Assembly: GCA_040954595.2 (NCBI GenBank)
Contig: CM082584.2
Coordinates: forward strand, 5,646,110-5,710,109
DNA: 64,000 nt
Source of the DNA: Balanoglossus misakiensis
Lineage: Eukaryota > Animalia > Hemichordata
Direction: 5' to 3'
Under the pieces are notes generated by a model. It searched no databases and was not told the origin of the DNA. It was given only the letters and a program-made list of their open reading frames with translations. Below, piece after piece: positions 26,376 through 40,392 of the stretch. The stretch's first letter is position 1. Every line of letters begins with the position of its first letter. Both the position numbers and the translations under genes were made by a program.

Positions 26376-26443
26376 TTAACCCTTTCACCGCAATGGTTTG
26401 ATCCAGATCCTTTGGACTTCTACATAGAGATGAATGGGGATTA
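26376..26443. mobile_element. piggyBac-like MITE, degenerate inverted copy
   Basis: ttaaccctttcacc..aatggtt resembles the reverse complement of the right end of the other copies. Confidence 0.5.
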
Positions 26444-27099
26444 ACGAACGGATGAGATCACATCCGTCAACGTTCTCTTCATTCGTGTTGTTGACAACGA
26501 TCAACGTAAATAGTGCGCGTCCCCTATAAAGAGACTGAGGCAATCTAGCAATGACTTTATTAAACCCCTGTGGCAACAACATCTTTTTGTCTATTATGTT
26601 TTAATGTTTAGCACTACCCAGATGCAGTGCATTGCATTGTTATGTTGAGTTGTCGCACTATTGGCATTTTCTTGACATTTTAACAAAAGGTGCCAAAAAG
26701 GGGAGGAAAATGGCAACATTTTCAATTTAGAGTAGACCCCCTAATATGTAATCATCATGAATAGAAATTCACATCCTCAGTCAGAGGGTTTAAAATATCG
26801 TGGAAAATGTTGAGTCAGCTTTTCTTGCACTCTTCATGCTATACTTTTCCTATGGTCAAAACACCCGAACATTTCTATCACAAAATCAAGCATGGTGACA
26901 TACCGTTTTCTTAATGTCATTTAATAAGGTTTTTGTTTTTAATAGGGTTTCTGGATTGGTATTTTTGTGAAAATGTCGAGAGATTGCAATATTACCATTA
27001 CAGTAGTGTTTTCCCTAATGATTATTGGCCTAACGCCCTTATGGAATAACCCACTGGTCACCAACCTTAATAACGAAGACTTATTTTGTTCTTTTACAG

Positions 27100-27543
27100 A
27101 TCTTTCTCTCAACTCCTTTGTAGTTTACTTTCCTTCTCCAAGCACCAATATCTTCTACACTGGCACAGACGGAAGTATCACCACAATATCATTGACAGTT
27201 AAAAATAATGGACCAGATCCACTACCAGATTCAAGCCCTAACCTCAATTACGATCTTAAAATGTACATCGCCGATCTTGGTGTCGGCGAGATGGTGGACG
27301 GGGTTGAAGTGAGCGGTTTTGTCGCATCGGTGCTGGCAACAGAATTACTTGTAGGTTCGATTCATATAATTAGTACATCGTCGGCCACCGTCAACTATCC
27401 CGGTGATAAGTGCGCCACCCACAGCCATCTTTGTATAGCCGTGACACCTGTTGGCAGTGCCTATGTGGATGACACTCCAGGCAATGATTTTAAATGTTTG
27501 CCGTTTGCTACCAATGGTGTTGGAGCTACCGACTGTGAATCAC
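27100..27543 (+). CDS. Membrane protein A, domain 1 exon (CARDB/Ig-like, Cys-containing)
   Basis: ttacAG|AT...C|GTatgt, phase 1-1. Encodes DLSLNSFVV...ISLTVKNNGPD...CATHSHLCIAV...DDTPGNDFKCLPF...GATDC. Confidence 0.8.
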
Positions 27544-27985
27544 GTATGTGTCGTTTTTTTTTTCTCATATCATGTGTGATGCAGAAATGTTGAACTCGAA
27601 TTCGTGTCGATTAAGTCACCATTAATTTTCGTGATATATTGTTTCGAGGTGGATACCGGAAGGACACAATCTGCAGTCAAATGATAAAGAACGCAAATGT
27701 TGAATTATGGTCCCACCCAAACTGCGATGTGTTACATATTTTACCACCGAGAAAGAACAGTTTGAGTCATTTGCAAACATGGTTTTACTCGTTTGGGGAG
27801 TCCAGCAACTGTAATACCATGTGACATTCCTGGCGCATATTTTACCCATAGACAGTACTTTTCTACTGTCTATGATTTACCATAATACGTATGTGACACA
27901 AAGCGACCGAGATTGTGTATGATACTAATCTAAGTTTATTTTTTTCTTTGTCAACATTACAAAATTTATTCGATCTTTTTTTCAG

Positions 27986-28327
27986 ACCCAGCTGTCCAGA
28001 GCGCAGTAATTACAAATCCCCAATCCCCAGTCTTTGTAGTTGATCGAACCCTCGAAATTACCATGGATATTGCGGTCCACAACTATGGCGGACAGCAACT
28101 ACCAGACGGTTCCAACACCATCGGATTCGGTGTATTCATAGCGAACCAAAACGAATCGCAATCCGCATATTTCGTTGACTTCACCGACAACATTGACTAC
28201 ACGTCGACCGATTTGACACAAAGTTTACCGCCATGGCAAGAAACGACGTATACCGTCTCCGTGTCCATTACTCTCCCGGTTGACAACTGCATTGAATACC
28301 AGTATTTGTGTGTTTATTACAAACCTG
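27986..28327 (+). CDS. Membrane protein A, domain 2 (first part)
   Basis: tttcAG|AC...G|GTaagt. Encodes ...ITMDIAVHNYGG...ITLPVDNCIEYQYLCVYYKP, homologous to domain 1. Confidence 0.8.
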
Positions 28328-29587
28328 GTAAGTGTTTGCTTGTGTGACAGAGTGTCTTCATTGTTTATCTGTGTGTTGTGTGTTCTGTATTTGTGGTCCC
28401 TCGTCATCTATGTTTCTAGGGTGGTTTGATAGTAGCTAGTGCATCAGTATACATACATGTATTTGTGGTATAGGTACATGTAAATGACTTTGATGGAATG
28501 GACTGCCCCTTTAATTTACATAACCATTAGTTCAGTCTAAATGGGTCACTTGTTATATAATTCGCTACCAGGGGACAATAGACTTTGGTGTAAGGCTAAC
28601 AATGGCCACGAATATATTACCATATAACGGACTCATTAACTGTATGCTGAGTCGTGCACCTGTGATCTCGTATAAAAGGATTTTACCATGCATGATTCTG
28701 GGAGAGACTGATACGGTAACCTGTGGGACGCTTGGACGAGAGACTTCTGTAAAACCATAAGTCGCGTCATTCCACTAGAGAGGAAACCGCGAGCAGTGTG
28801 TGATTCTACCCGGACTTGTGCCTGGAACACATCATTCTGCCGCCAATCTGCAGACAGAGACTATAACTTGGGAGAAAGAACTTGAGCTCATCCGACATCA
28901 CCTCACCTCGAGACATTTTTAGTATCAGGTTAGGGCATTGAAACCACCCGTATTGTCTTTGTACTGTCTTGTAATTGTTGTGTTGTCGTGCGTGTTTTGT
29001 GTTGTTTTGTGTAGTTCGACTTTCGTGTTATTTTAGTTACATTTCTTACATATATCAGCCCAGCCCAACAGAGTTTTATCGTGGCTGTGGAAAACGCACC
29101 GTTCATTTTATGTTCACCAGGATGTCCCCGGACCCAAAAGAACCCAGTTGCATGGGTCCGTATAGCAATGTGTGCAATTAATGTCGACGAAAGGTCTTAT
29201 CACAAAGAGGGTACTTGATACAAGGACTAGACACTCTAAACACTTGAAGTCTGGTAAATAGAGATATAGAGTGTGTACGGAATATATGTATGTATATTCT
29301 GTAATTGAAAAAATCTGACGCAGTTTGTATTGGCATGCGAAATTGATACGGCCATTAGTTCAACTTAACACATTCAGTGTTTGTACGGTCGAAATAATTT
29401 GGAAATGTGTAGGCCTATGGTGTGTAAAATGTTATTCTTTCCAGCGGATAAAAGTTAATCACGATCCACTTTCTTTAGTCCTTTCACATAAGTTGAACAT
29501 TCTTAGGACATTTTTGTAATCATACACTTCGGAAGTGCACCGGCCAAGCTGACCGTTTATTTCATATCTCTGTTTTAAATCTCTCAG

Positions 29588-29994
29588 GAAACGAAACCAA
29601 TATTGACGATCCTAGTTGCTTGCGTTTTAATGACGTCACAAGTAACGGAGCTGGCACAACTGTGTGTACAATCACGGCGACAACTCGCGGTCTCACCACC
29701 CACTCCGTCGTCACCGGTCCCTCCGGCACATCCGATCCCCCCATCGTGGCCAGTCCCTCCAGTAGTACATCCGGCCATCCCTCTAATATCAGTCCCTCCA
29801 GTCCGGCGGAAAACGCGTCGACAACAGCAGACGCGACCCACACTCTCGGTGTATCGACCAGACGACCAACGGATGACATCTTTTGGATTATCCTTGGTAC
29901 CGTAGTGGGCGCTGTTCTTCTTACATTCAGCACCGCTGTGCTGACTTGGAGACTGTGTTTTAGAAAGAGTACGGTTGTTGGGCCAGCGGAATAA
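29588..29994 (+). CDS. Membrane protein A, last exon: end of domain 2, Ser/Thr/Pro stalk, TM helix, short tail
   Basis: ctctcAG|GA. Encodes NETNIDDPSCLRFNDVTSNGAGTTVC, an S/T/P-rich stalk, TM segment IFWIILGTVVGAVLLTFSTAVLTW and tail RLCFRKSTVVGPAE*. Spliced product about 425 aa. Confidence 0.8.
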
Positions 29995-32974
29995 CATTTT
30001 ATATCGAAACTTCAAATTTTGAATTAAATAAAAAAATAGACCAGTTTCTGGCCAAAACAATTGCTACTAAAGATGAACGAGATGGAGTTAGAAAGGTGAA
30101 AAGTAAAAAACAAACAAAACGAATTGATGGAATTTGTATAGCGTCATTAAAAAATTGCTCTTATGTAAATATATTTAATGCAATATTAGAAACAACACAA
30201 TTTCCAGATATCTGGAATGATATCCGTCCACAAAAATATAGAGGTATCTCAGAAGGAACAGTGTGGGAACAAAGTTCTGCTTTAGAGGCCTATCATATTA
30301 CAAAATAATCAGGCTTGGTTACGAAAACGAGTATCGTACAAGCAGATCATATTTTACTTTAACAGACAATAATTCATATATTTATATATAAATTAGGCAT
30401 AGCGATTTTTTTACATCAATTCAGGCCACGTTCTTTCCAAATCGTATTTCGGGGATTGAAAAACTTATTTACACACCGAATCACCTAAATTGCAACAACA
30501 ACAAATTCAGTTATATTTATGACCTTGTCTTAGAAGTCAGGTTCAGCCCCCTACCTCAAAAGATGTTTTGCAGTGAGGATTTAAATTTGTTAAACTGGAA
30601 ACTTAATGTTAATTTATTTAACATCAAAGCAACAGTATTTAATAGAAAAATAGTTTTAAAACTATGGTAATACCTGCAACATATTATACTTTGAGATGAC
30701 ATTTACAGAATTTGTGGCAAATGATTTTGACGCTAAGAGTATAGTGGTTGTATACTAGATTAGCTTTGTTACTTAAGTTTATTCCTAGATCCACCGTATT
30801 GGTTGCCAACATTGATGAATTGGGCGGGGGACATCATGCATACTAAAACAACTACTGAAGCAGCGGGATGGTCGTATCTAAAACCTTGGTCGGGGTGGGG
30901 GGATAAGTTACATTGTAGAACTTTGCGCTGATTCTTCGTGTTTTTGGAGGAATCGCCCTTGTTTTATTAACCACCCTGCAAAGACTTCAATTTTTTATCT
31001 GACAAAATTGATTATTAATCGTGTAACCGATCGACCAATCTGATTAAAATCTGCAGATGTACAGTTATGCGCCGTCTATGGCAAGTCACAAAAATGCGCA
31101 GAGTTAGATACCCGGTAACTCCAATGTCTGGATGTTTGTCTACATTTGAATAATGCTCAATCTGATTAAAATCAGATGTATATAGGAGGCGGCAGCATAA
31201 GAATACCGTGCTGTGCAAGTGAAAGACGTCGCCGTACCCTATATTTGATTTTAATCAGATTGACGTCTACTTTTTTATGTATGGCCACCCAGCGGGACCA
31301 TCGTGTTTGACCATAGCCAAACAAAATGTACGATTGGTGTCAATATCTCTTTCTCTCTCTTTATGTTTGTATATACCCGGTAGGTATGTGCAATATAGGT
31401 CCGTCCAGGTAGACGCGAGTGTCACGTGGTCAATCGACTATACAACAATGTACCTTCAGATGTAAAACCAGTCTATCAATAGCCACGGTGGGCTCAATGT
31501 AATTGGACAACTTGACCTTACATGGCCTGAAGTCAATGTCACGACAGGAATGCCTCTGTCTATACCGGCCAACTTCGAGTCGTCGCCTTTATATGCGGCA
31601 GCGCTGCAGCGCCCGTGGCAAATCGAAGTCATTTAGTCAATTAAACCTCGATAGCCATTGATATGTGTGTCTTGGCAGCGTTAAAAGAATGTCTGTTGTT
31701 TTCGGCTGTGTAAAGTGCACCTGTGTGCATGCGAACTATTTCTTGTGCAAATATTTGCCAACCAGAAACTGTGCCCCTTATACAAGATAGGGTTAAGGTG
31801 GATGGCTTGCAAACGTAAAATAAATCCCCATCAGTGACATTTCACACTGAAGTGAGTGATTTTGATTGTTACCAGAGTAAAATTGAAGGACGACTGAACT
31901 CACTGACATTAGGCCTACTGTGAGCTGCACTTAAAGAAAAAAAAATCAATGAATCCAAAAATTAGGTTGTTGACGTCAACAAGGCTGTCAAGAAAGATTA
32001 GTTTTCGGTAACTACGGAAGTATTACAACAATTATTGTTGCATCAAAACTTCGTTTCTAAATTCGTCGGCGTTCGTTCGACGTGCCCAACTCTTGTCTGG
32101 CCGTGGAAACGCGCCACTGACGATACAATCACCTGGTTGATAGGTGACATCGGGTTAGTTGTCAAGATCGCAGGACACGCCGGATTCGAGGATAACCGAT
32201 ACAGGGCTATAACGACGTCACAGCGACACTTCAACGGCGGAGGTTCAGAGGGCGTTCTCCGGGAACAACGGAGTCTTTCACCGTCCGAGCGCATCAATAT
32301 TTACGTAGGCAGGAGACCCCATGGATGTGCATTTAAGCGCACCAAATTGATGTTATCAGTCAGATTTTGTCCCACTACCCCCAAATGCGGAGGAGTACAT
32401 AGCAGGGCCGAGCACGGTTCACTTGGCTTCAAATTTCTTTAAAAATCGGAAAAGGTTTCTTTGTCGAAGAACGACAATACCACTTTCAATTATGTGACAC
32501 TTTGTCGACTCCTTAAACGACCTCAATTCAACAATCACGTCGCATATTTTAGAACCTCTTCAAAATTGCATTTGCCATTTCGCTGGTCAGGGATTTAATC
32601 CTTCAAGGATTGGTCGGGGATAGCTGAAAGCGGGGATATTGTGGTTTGAAGAGATGCCGGCACATTGACGGGCACAGAATAGGCAGAAATCACCATTTCA
32701 TCGCCAAACCACTTGACGGATCTCTAGTTTCCCACACACCTCGATAATTGGGATTTCTTCACGTATTGCGGCACAGAGGAATCAATATGCAGTGGCTCCT
32801 CTTGAAGCCCAACCTTGGAGCATTGCGGTGGCATGCTTCGGGTGCCTCCATTTAAAAAAAAATCCTTTTTGCAAAATAAGACGGCAACATGCACCCTGAG
32901 GACCTCCCTGCACCTCTCAGCTTGTTACCAAGAACCTTATCAGGACCATAGCAACCGAGAATGGTCGCGATAAT

Positions 32975-33033
32975 TTGACGGGGCGTGCGCAGATAACCGA
33001 AGACCAGAGACGGTAAAGGTACAGTGAGAGCTG
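32975..33033 (+). promoter_or_regulatory. Possible promoter/non-coding first exon of membrane protein B
   Basis: GC-box-like gggcgtg in a CpG-rich patch, a strong donor CTG|GTAAGT at 33034, and a matching acceptor caccAG at 37277 upstream of the ATG. Confidence 0.3.
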
Positions 33034-33900
33034 GTAAGTTCCTGAAATTGTTACGATATGAGTCGTTGTTTTTTCGCGTTTACTTTTTAATCAAAGTTTT
33101 AAAAATGAAGCTCAATATAGTTTACAGTTTATATATCATATCATGTTTTGGCACAAGAATTATAACATGACAAGGTAATAACTTGCAGCTACAACGAAAA
33201 ATGAATTTCTTTCACTCCAGCTCGGACCACATATTCATGATGTCACACACCCAATGGCATCCCAATCTAAAATCTTGAATCTCGATTCAGGATCACACAG
33301 CACGCTTCCTATTACAAATTTGTTCTCTCTACGCGACAAATTCTCGCATCGTAGGATTTTTAATCCCCGTGCAAATTTGACGTACTTGTACGTGTTTTAC
33401 GTGTAGCTAAGAACTTCTTCCATGTTAGAAGTATAAGTCGAGAGAACGTTCGTGTGGTAACTATGTTCGTTCAAAATCCGTTCATTATCAGAGACTGGAT
33501 ATGACTTGTGGTCGTTGGATACTTTTCAGACAAGAAACCTGTTCCACTCACGGCACGTGGTCACAATACATTCAATTTAGAAAACTTTTACAAAAACTAT
33601 TTACAAAATTGCGTGGTTTTTGACTCTTGAAGAGGCAAGGACTTAAACGGTCAAACCCCTTGAAATGGTCTTAAATGTACCACGGGAAGTCATTCCACTG
33701 AGTGCCTATGCGCCCAGGAGCCAACCCCCTTTTATCAAAACCACTCTGACGTACGTTGGATTAACCCCGTTTACCCGCTTATGTGTTTTAAAAAGTAGAA
33801 TGTATGTTGCTATGGTGTATCTAGTAATGTCGTCACGTCCATGCGCACTGTATGTGGTTATGCACAGTCAGAAAAGTGTAAGGCTATCAAAAAGTGTATG

Positions 33901-35805
33901 TGTGTAACAGTCATTGTTGTCAAATGAATTCTAGTCCGGACTTGAATTCAAATTTTGCACCATAACAGTAGACAAGCAAAACACAAATACTGAAAACATA
34001 GCAAAAAGTTACAGCTAACGGAGCTTAAACTTGCACATTAACGTCTCACGTAGTCAAGGTCTTGCTTGCACCTACAACAATTATCCATGCATGGATCAAC
34101 TGTTGTATCATGGACACCTTCAGTCATTCGCCCAATAATCTGTCTGTCTGTCGGGACTTGGCTTTGTAGTTGTTTCAGGTCAGGAACTCCATTCTCACCG
34201 CTGCATCACTTCATTGATCGTCTGTATTGCCATCGGATGGGTGAATCCTTTTTTCCCGCCATTGTCGACTCCTTCGCTTTCACTTAATGAATGTACGCAT
34301 GATGGCAGTCAAATCTCTCTCCAAAATTGAGTCAAACTTTATAGTCCCATGAGCTGCCAAATTTCACGTATTTTCTTTCCACTATAAAATACTTCAAAAC
34401 TTCTTCCTGTTACCTTTAGAAATATCGTCATTAACCCATATTACTTATATATTTGCATAAGTTTGTCATATGGAGGCCGATAAAAGGGTGTGGCACCCAT
34501 TTATTATACATGTATAACTTGTTCAAATTGCAACATACATCCATAATCGGGCGTCGATAAAATGTTCATGTTTACCTATCAGTAAGCTTATTAGATGGAC
34601 CGACAAATGGAAAGTAAAATCATGAAAATAATGCGAAAACGTTGCAGCTGTTAGGGCTTTAAGGTATTTTGTTTCTGGTTCCACTCCATATAACATATGA
34701 AAGATTCCACTTGTATAGACGATTTCCACAACATCAGTTATTGGTGAGAAGGGATTTTAATTAACTTTCTACCAATAACTGTCGGCTTTAAATATTAACT
34801 TCAAAGACTTGGCATTTCATCGTGATTTATGGAGTCAGGCAAGACACTGTAGTGAGCACCGTGATGCATAGAATTCAAATTTACTGAAAAATAGCTGAAC
34901 GTTTCGCTTGTCGAAGCTCTAATTACTTAATCGATCAAGTGCACGTATATATGTGCACACATTTGCATTTCAAAGCCGCTGGCCCATATACAAGGGGAAA
35001 GTTGACTATTTGAAGAAATAATTCATCCAAGATACTTTGAAACAAAGTGTCTTGCTTCAATTTCTTAAATCATCAATATAAAATCCCAGTTACGATTCTT
35101 GGACGTTTATGAAACACAAAGTCCCTGGAACCATATTGACTAACAACAGTTAATCATATCGCAATTGTACAAGTTAGGCATGCTACCCAAGATGTCATTT
35201 CAATCCCTATGGCTGCAATTGTACCATTCAAGCTTTTTTTTCTTATTGACCCAACAATTACTCAATGCAATAAAAGTCTGGGTATTAGGACCCCATACGG
35301 GTCACGTCACCGCCTTAAATGGTGTCTGATACGATTAGTGTATTACTGTATTTGAGTCGGTTGCCAAAGCAAAAGGGAGGAGATGGCTGATCTTTTCACC
35401 TGTCCTGTAAAGTAGCATAGATTCACACTAAAAGGGGCTGTCGTCATGTCTGTCTTTGCACGGCCGGTGACGTCATTTTCTAACCACCGTTATAACATCA
35501 GACATGGACGGGCACAGCCCAATTGCCACCCTGAGAGTTTTGCAGTGGTCAGCTTCAACTTGAAAAATCCCTGCGCAAGATGTGGTAAATTGACAGAACA
35601 AAATGTTGCAGTCGTGAAAGGGTTCACTTATGATTACATATACATGTACATAGTTGTTTAATCACCGTCTATGTTTTAGTCGCATGCCCTCGTGAAGAAT
35701 TTATTATTAGGCCTATTTTGCGCGTTTTTTTCTGCTTTCCGATGCACTAGAATTCAAGTCCGGACTTGGAATTCAATTGTTAACAATATCAATGGCCGTT
35801 ACTCA
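33901..35805. mobile_element. About 1.9-kb element with about 50-bp imperfect TIRs
   Basis: 33901-33949 (tgtgtaacagtcattgttgtcaaatgaattctagtccggacttgaattc) is an imperfect reverse complement of 35750-35805 (gaattcaagtccggacttggaattcaattgttaacaat...ccgttactca). Confidence 0.6.
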
Positions 35806-37366
35806 CTATAATAGTTTAGAAGCTAAAACCTAAAATGTTCATAAAGTTGTCCAGAGTAGAACAAGAAACAGGAGTTGACACATGGGTGAAAATACTTTTT
35901 AAAATATCCAACGGTTAGAGTTACTGGAGCGTTGAAATTAGCTGAAGTGGTTTCCATCCATCTGCTGATGGAGAACATGATGTTGTGGGCAAATTTCACA
36001 AGAGAAGCACGGGGCATTCAGTGGGCAAGGAGATTCATTTACTTCTTGGGGCATCTGGTAATGCCACAGACAGAAGAAATTGTTTAGTATTGGACATACA
36101 GGCTTTAATTAAATTGACAGACGATGATGAATCACTGCGAGAAATGAAGGGAAGAGTTAGCTGGTTGTCATATGCATACTAATAGAAAGAATGTATAGAT
36201 ACAATGAATGGTCACCGTTATAGTGATGAGATTGTAAATTGGTAAACCTGGTGATCAGATGCATAATGAAGGAGTTGCAGGTAGTTAGAGATGGGGGTTA
36301 TCGACACACAGATGGAAATGTAGACGGACTGAGCTCTTAGTCAGCTGCATACTGATGGTGTTGTACCTCAGTAGAGCTGGTTGCCATGTGCATAAAAAAA
36401 TTTGCAAACAAATTAAGTCTGGAGAGGTATACACAGTGAATCCAAGTTGGCCAAGCTTTGAATCTTGCAATCCACGCAACAAACAAGTCACGAATCATTT
36501 CAGGGGACATGATGTAAGCCACGGTTGGGAAGCTTCGCTTATTGTACACCCCGTTGAACGCATTGTATGCGTTGAAATCGAGTTTCCATTGTTAAATGGA
36601 AGTTGGAGCTCACATAGATGACATAGACTGATTGCGCTGGTGTGACCATGATATGGTGTCATGCATCAAGGCAAAGACGTCTGTGTGTTGGGGTGGGGTA
36701 CAATTGACTGTCAAATGCATCACGTGGCGTTGTCAAATCAAATCTACTCGACTACAAACTCGGATATTATTAACCCGCGGGATAGATAGTGTCGTCGGTT
36801 GTGATGATAACAGATGCGTCAACAAGGGAACCACCCGAGTATTGCAAGTCACCGGCCAATACGTGTAGTTTGGTTTAACAAGCTGTGGACGCGTCTATCT
36901 CTGATGCAATTGAAAACTGATCCTAAATGGTGTCGTTCATCGGAATACCTGAAACTGTATTGGCATATCCTCCTAATATCTGAAGTGTTCGAGTTCTCCC
37001 CCAAATACAAGTCTTTGTGTGTTTTCGAATGTTCTCAACGCACGGAACAAAGATTCAAGTCTCGTAGGAACAGAAGGGTGTAAAGTGGACACGACTATTG
37101 ACAGAAACAGCCGAATGATGCCATCGGCAGAATATGAAGTCAACATGTGTATCTGATTACATCCACGAAGTCAGCCAGAGAATTTCGGGCTCTTTCTTGT
37201 TTTGTATTCGGCAAAGTGGATGTATAGCTTGTGAATGAAAAACGCGCCTTACTGTTACCGTTTTCTCATACCACCAGACAGGACACAGGTGAAGTGAAAG
37301 TCTTCAGTGCGCAACGAGAACCGTCCCAGCACCATTTACAACAAAAAGTGACATTGCAGCGCAGTC

Positions 37367-37448
37367 ATGAAAACCATTATCAACGCCATCGCCATCTTTA
37401 CCTGGACATGTACATATTTTGGTTCAACTGTGGAAAGTCTCCAAGCAG
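37367..37448 (+). CDS. Type I membrane protein B, signal-peptide exon
   Basis: Encodes MKTIINAIAIFTWTCTYFGSTVESLQA, then a phase-1 donor G|GTgag. Size (82 nt) and phase parallel gene A exon 1 (85 nt). Confidence 0.65.
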
Positions 37449-40392
37449 GTGAGATTAAACTTGGTTTCCAATTTATCGCCCCATTCGAGTTTGGCTTGAT
37501 AACTTCTAGTAATTTTTATACCCCGAGTCGGATCAGGGATATTGTAGATACTAGTATCACGACATAAAATAGCTTCATATTATACGTTTTTGACTAGATA
37601 GATACAGCGTCATTTTCCTACTAAAACCGGAGATGAAAGACTAACGAGGCAGAAATGGTTTTAAATGTGTAACAGCAAACACTGTGCGGAATCAAGTCCC
37701 CTGGCTTCTGTAGGGTCGATGGTGGAATTAATATTAATATAAACTCGGGTGCCATGGGTAAGGATATCTACATAAAATCAAACGAACCGTTTGTAAGTTG
37801 AACAGTTTGTTACTCACGCTGTGTATTGAGTTCAGGAATGTTGTTTTAGATAGTCAACTTTTGTTCAGTCTTAGACTGCTTTTGCGCTAAGAATGAGGCA
37901 AAAACCAAACGATTGATGTCCCCAAACCGTCCTTTTCACCATTGGATTGGGATGCACTATAAAATCATACAGTGATATATACTATCGTTTGGAAGTCGAT
38001 GCTTTTTCTTCGATTTCAGTTTGACGATACAAACATCACTGACACTGTATAAGTTGGCATCTTTCACAGTTGAGTTGGCTGGTGTTGCAAGCCTTATAGA
38101 ACGCCCCCGGGGTGGCTTAAGCCCCTCGCTACGCAATGTTTACTGCCAAAAACACACAGGATCCCACAGACGTATTTAAGCCTCAAATCGGTCAATTCTC
38201 TCAAATGGCGACGACAAGCGTTTTTCATGTCTAAAATACTAATGAACACCAATTATAGTCATTTTATAGTGAAGTTGATTTTTTTTAAATTCACGCGATA
38301 TATTTGACTATAGAGATGTTATCATCGTAAACGCCTCTTTTGTAAAAGTTTTACCTAGCGTAGCATCGTGGAACGGAATTAAGATCTACCCACAGAGATT
38401 TGATCGTCGCCTAATTTGCATATGTGTGACAATAGAAACGTGTGGAGGAGTTTGATAATTCTACAATGTTATACAGTCGCATCGTGCTTAATGTTCGATT
38501 CCAAACAGTCGCTCCTACGATCATGATAAATAACAGGTACTTCTAGTCAACATCTGGAAACATGGATGGACACAACTTTGATTGCAAAAACATGGTCGAA
38601 TGATTATTTGAAATCCATGTATACTAGTATAGGTACGTAGATCATTAATAAAAGGGGCTGATTAGTGAACCTTGGGGAACGCCAGCGGCAACACACGTGT
38701 CATTTAGACTGATGACCTCCGATCTGTCTTCAACCATCCAGGCTCCAGGTGTGAAAAAAGAAACAATGAAATTGGATTGCCGTGTGTGTGCCATATAGGA
38801 TTCAAGTTGTAATTTGGAAACGAAACGTTTGTGGTTGACTGATCGAGTCCAGTGCTTTTGAAAAGTCTGTATTGAGCCTGGCGACTTCGAACACCTGAGG
38901 TGGTGTATTTGGTATATGAAAGAAGATTAGGGGTTGTAGTTGTAACTTGGGAGAAACATGCGCTGAAATTCATGAATAGCTATTAAACTTCGTTTCATTG
39001 TAAAGAACTTCATTAACAAGCCCTCGGAAATCTTACTGGACGGTGGCAAAAATGGGATTGGTGTATAATTTGTAGCGTCGTTCCTCGATTCAGATTTGAA
39101 CATTCTGAAGCCAATTTGCTCGAGGTCACTACATGGTTTGCTGCAGCATGTTATTATCACTGTTCCTGAATAATGATGGATCAGTTTGATCTTAGTTGTG
39201 TTACTTTTCACCTTTTTTGGCGCTCTGTAATCTGTATCGCATCTGTCTCTTCCATTTGACTGATGCATATCTCGCCTCGCTTCGCACACAAGAGTAATAA
39301 GAAGTACACAGTCACCAAAAAGTTTGAAAGTTCCACTCGGTCAAGTCGGGATTTTTCTTTACTTGTGATACTCGTATATTAAGATATTCGGAGCAACATC
39401 CCTCAAGATAATAATATGGCTGTCAAATTGATACCAAAATTACAGTAAAGGGACTTTCAATTACCAGTAGGGGCGTGAGTGAAAGGAGGTCTGGGGGTAT
39501 GGCGGTCTTTCGCCTGTGGCACTCTGCTATAATGTGGCCCGGCCCCCTAAGTGTTGTTTGTACAATGTTTCCACACTTACCTATTTTTGGCGCATATTGA
39601 GGGCGTGTTCCAGATGTACATGCAAATATAGCTCTTCTGTGGTAAAGCTGCGTCTCACACAATGCGTGTTCATGCAAGACAGTCGTTGCGAGGCGTTCAG
39701 GTCTATTCAGCTGAATAGTTTATTCAATACACGTGTACAGAGAACTGAAGCGCTGGTAGGCCTAGAGGTCCGGAGGGCTTGAGAGTTTGTAGTGCAGCGG
39801 CTGCAAAATTGGGAGTGCACGGTCACTGACTGACTGTAATGTGTGCTGGTTTATGTAGTAGACCTAATGCATAACATGGGTGGTCAGAACTGATACGCAA
39901 ATTCTATCTGTGAACAGATTTTGAATGGCTTGTTTGAATCGCCAGGTTGCTGTGCAGCTGAAATGGTTCAATTAGACATTTTGAATGCTACTTTTGTGAT
40001 AGACAACCATGATCAGAAAAAAATCATGATACGTAATGTACATTTAACCTACCCCAAATTTGCATATTTAATGAAAAAACTCTCAGCGGGAGTGTAATGG
40101 CAACCACCTGTTTATTTGCATATTTAATTCGGCTTTGAACTTAAGGATATACTTCCATAATTACAGACAACAACGCTAAATAAATCATATATATGAATTT
40201 ACTGGTTCATATTTATAAATAATAACAGCACAGGACCTTCAGCTCACATCTGGTTCTTATTGACTTAGGCAAAAAGAGATTAGTTTCTTGTCCTTTACAT
40301 GCAGCAAGAGTGACGCGACTTTGTTTTTGGTTTATTCCTAACAACGATGCTTTCTTTATTCTTTCTTACCTCTCCAATGCCATGGCACTTAG

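Noticed and set aside
29562-30060. Minus-strand and alternate-frame ORFs over the mucin-like exon
   Set aside because: Shadow frames of the GC-rich S/T/P exon on the plus strand.
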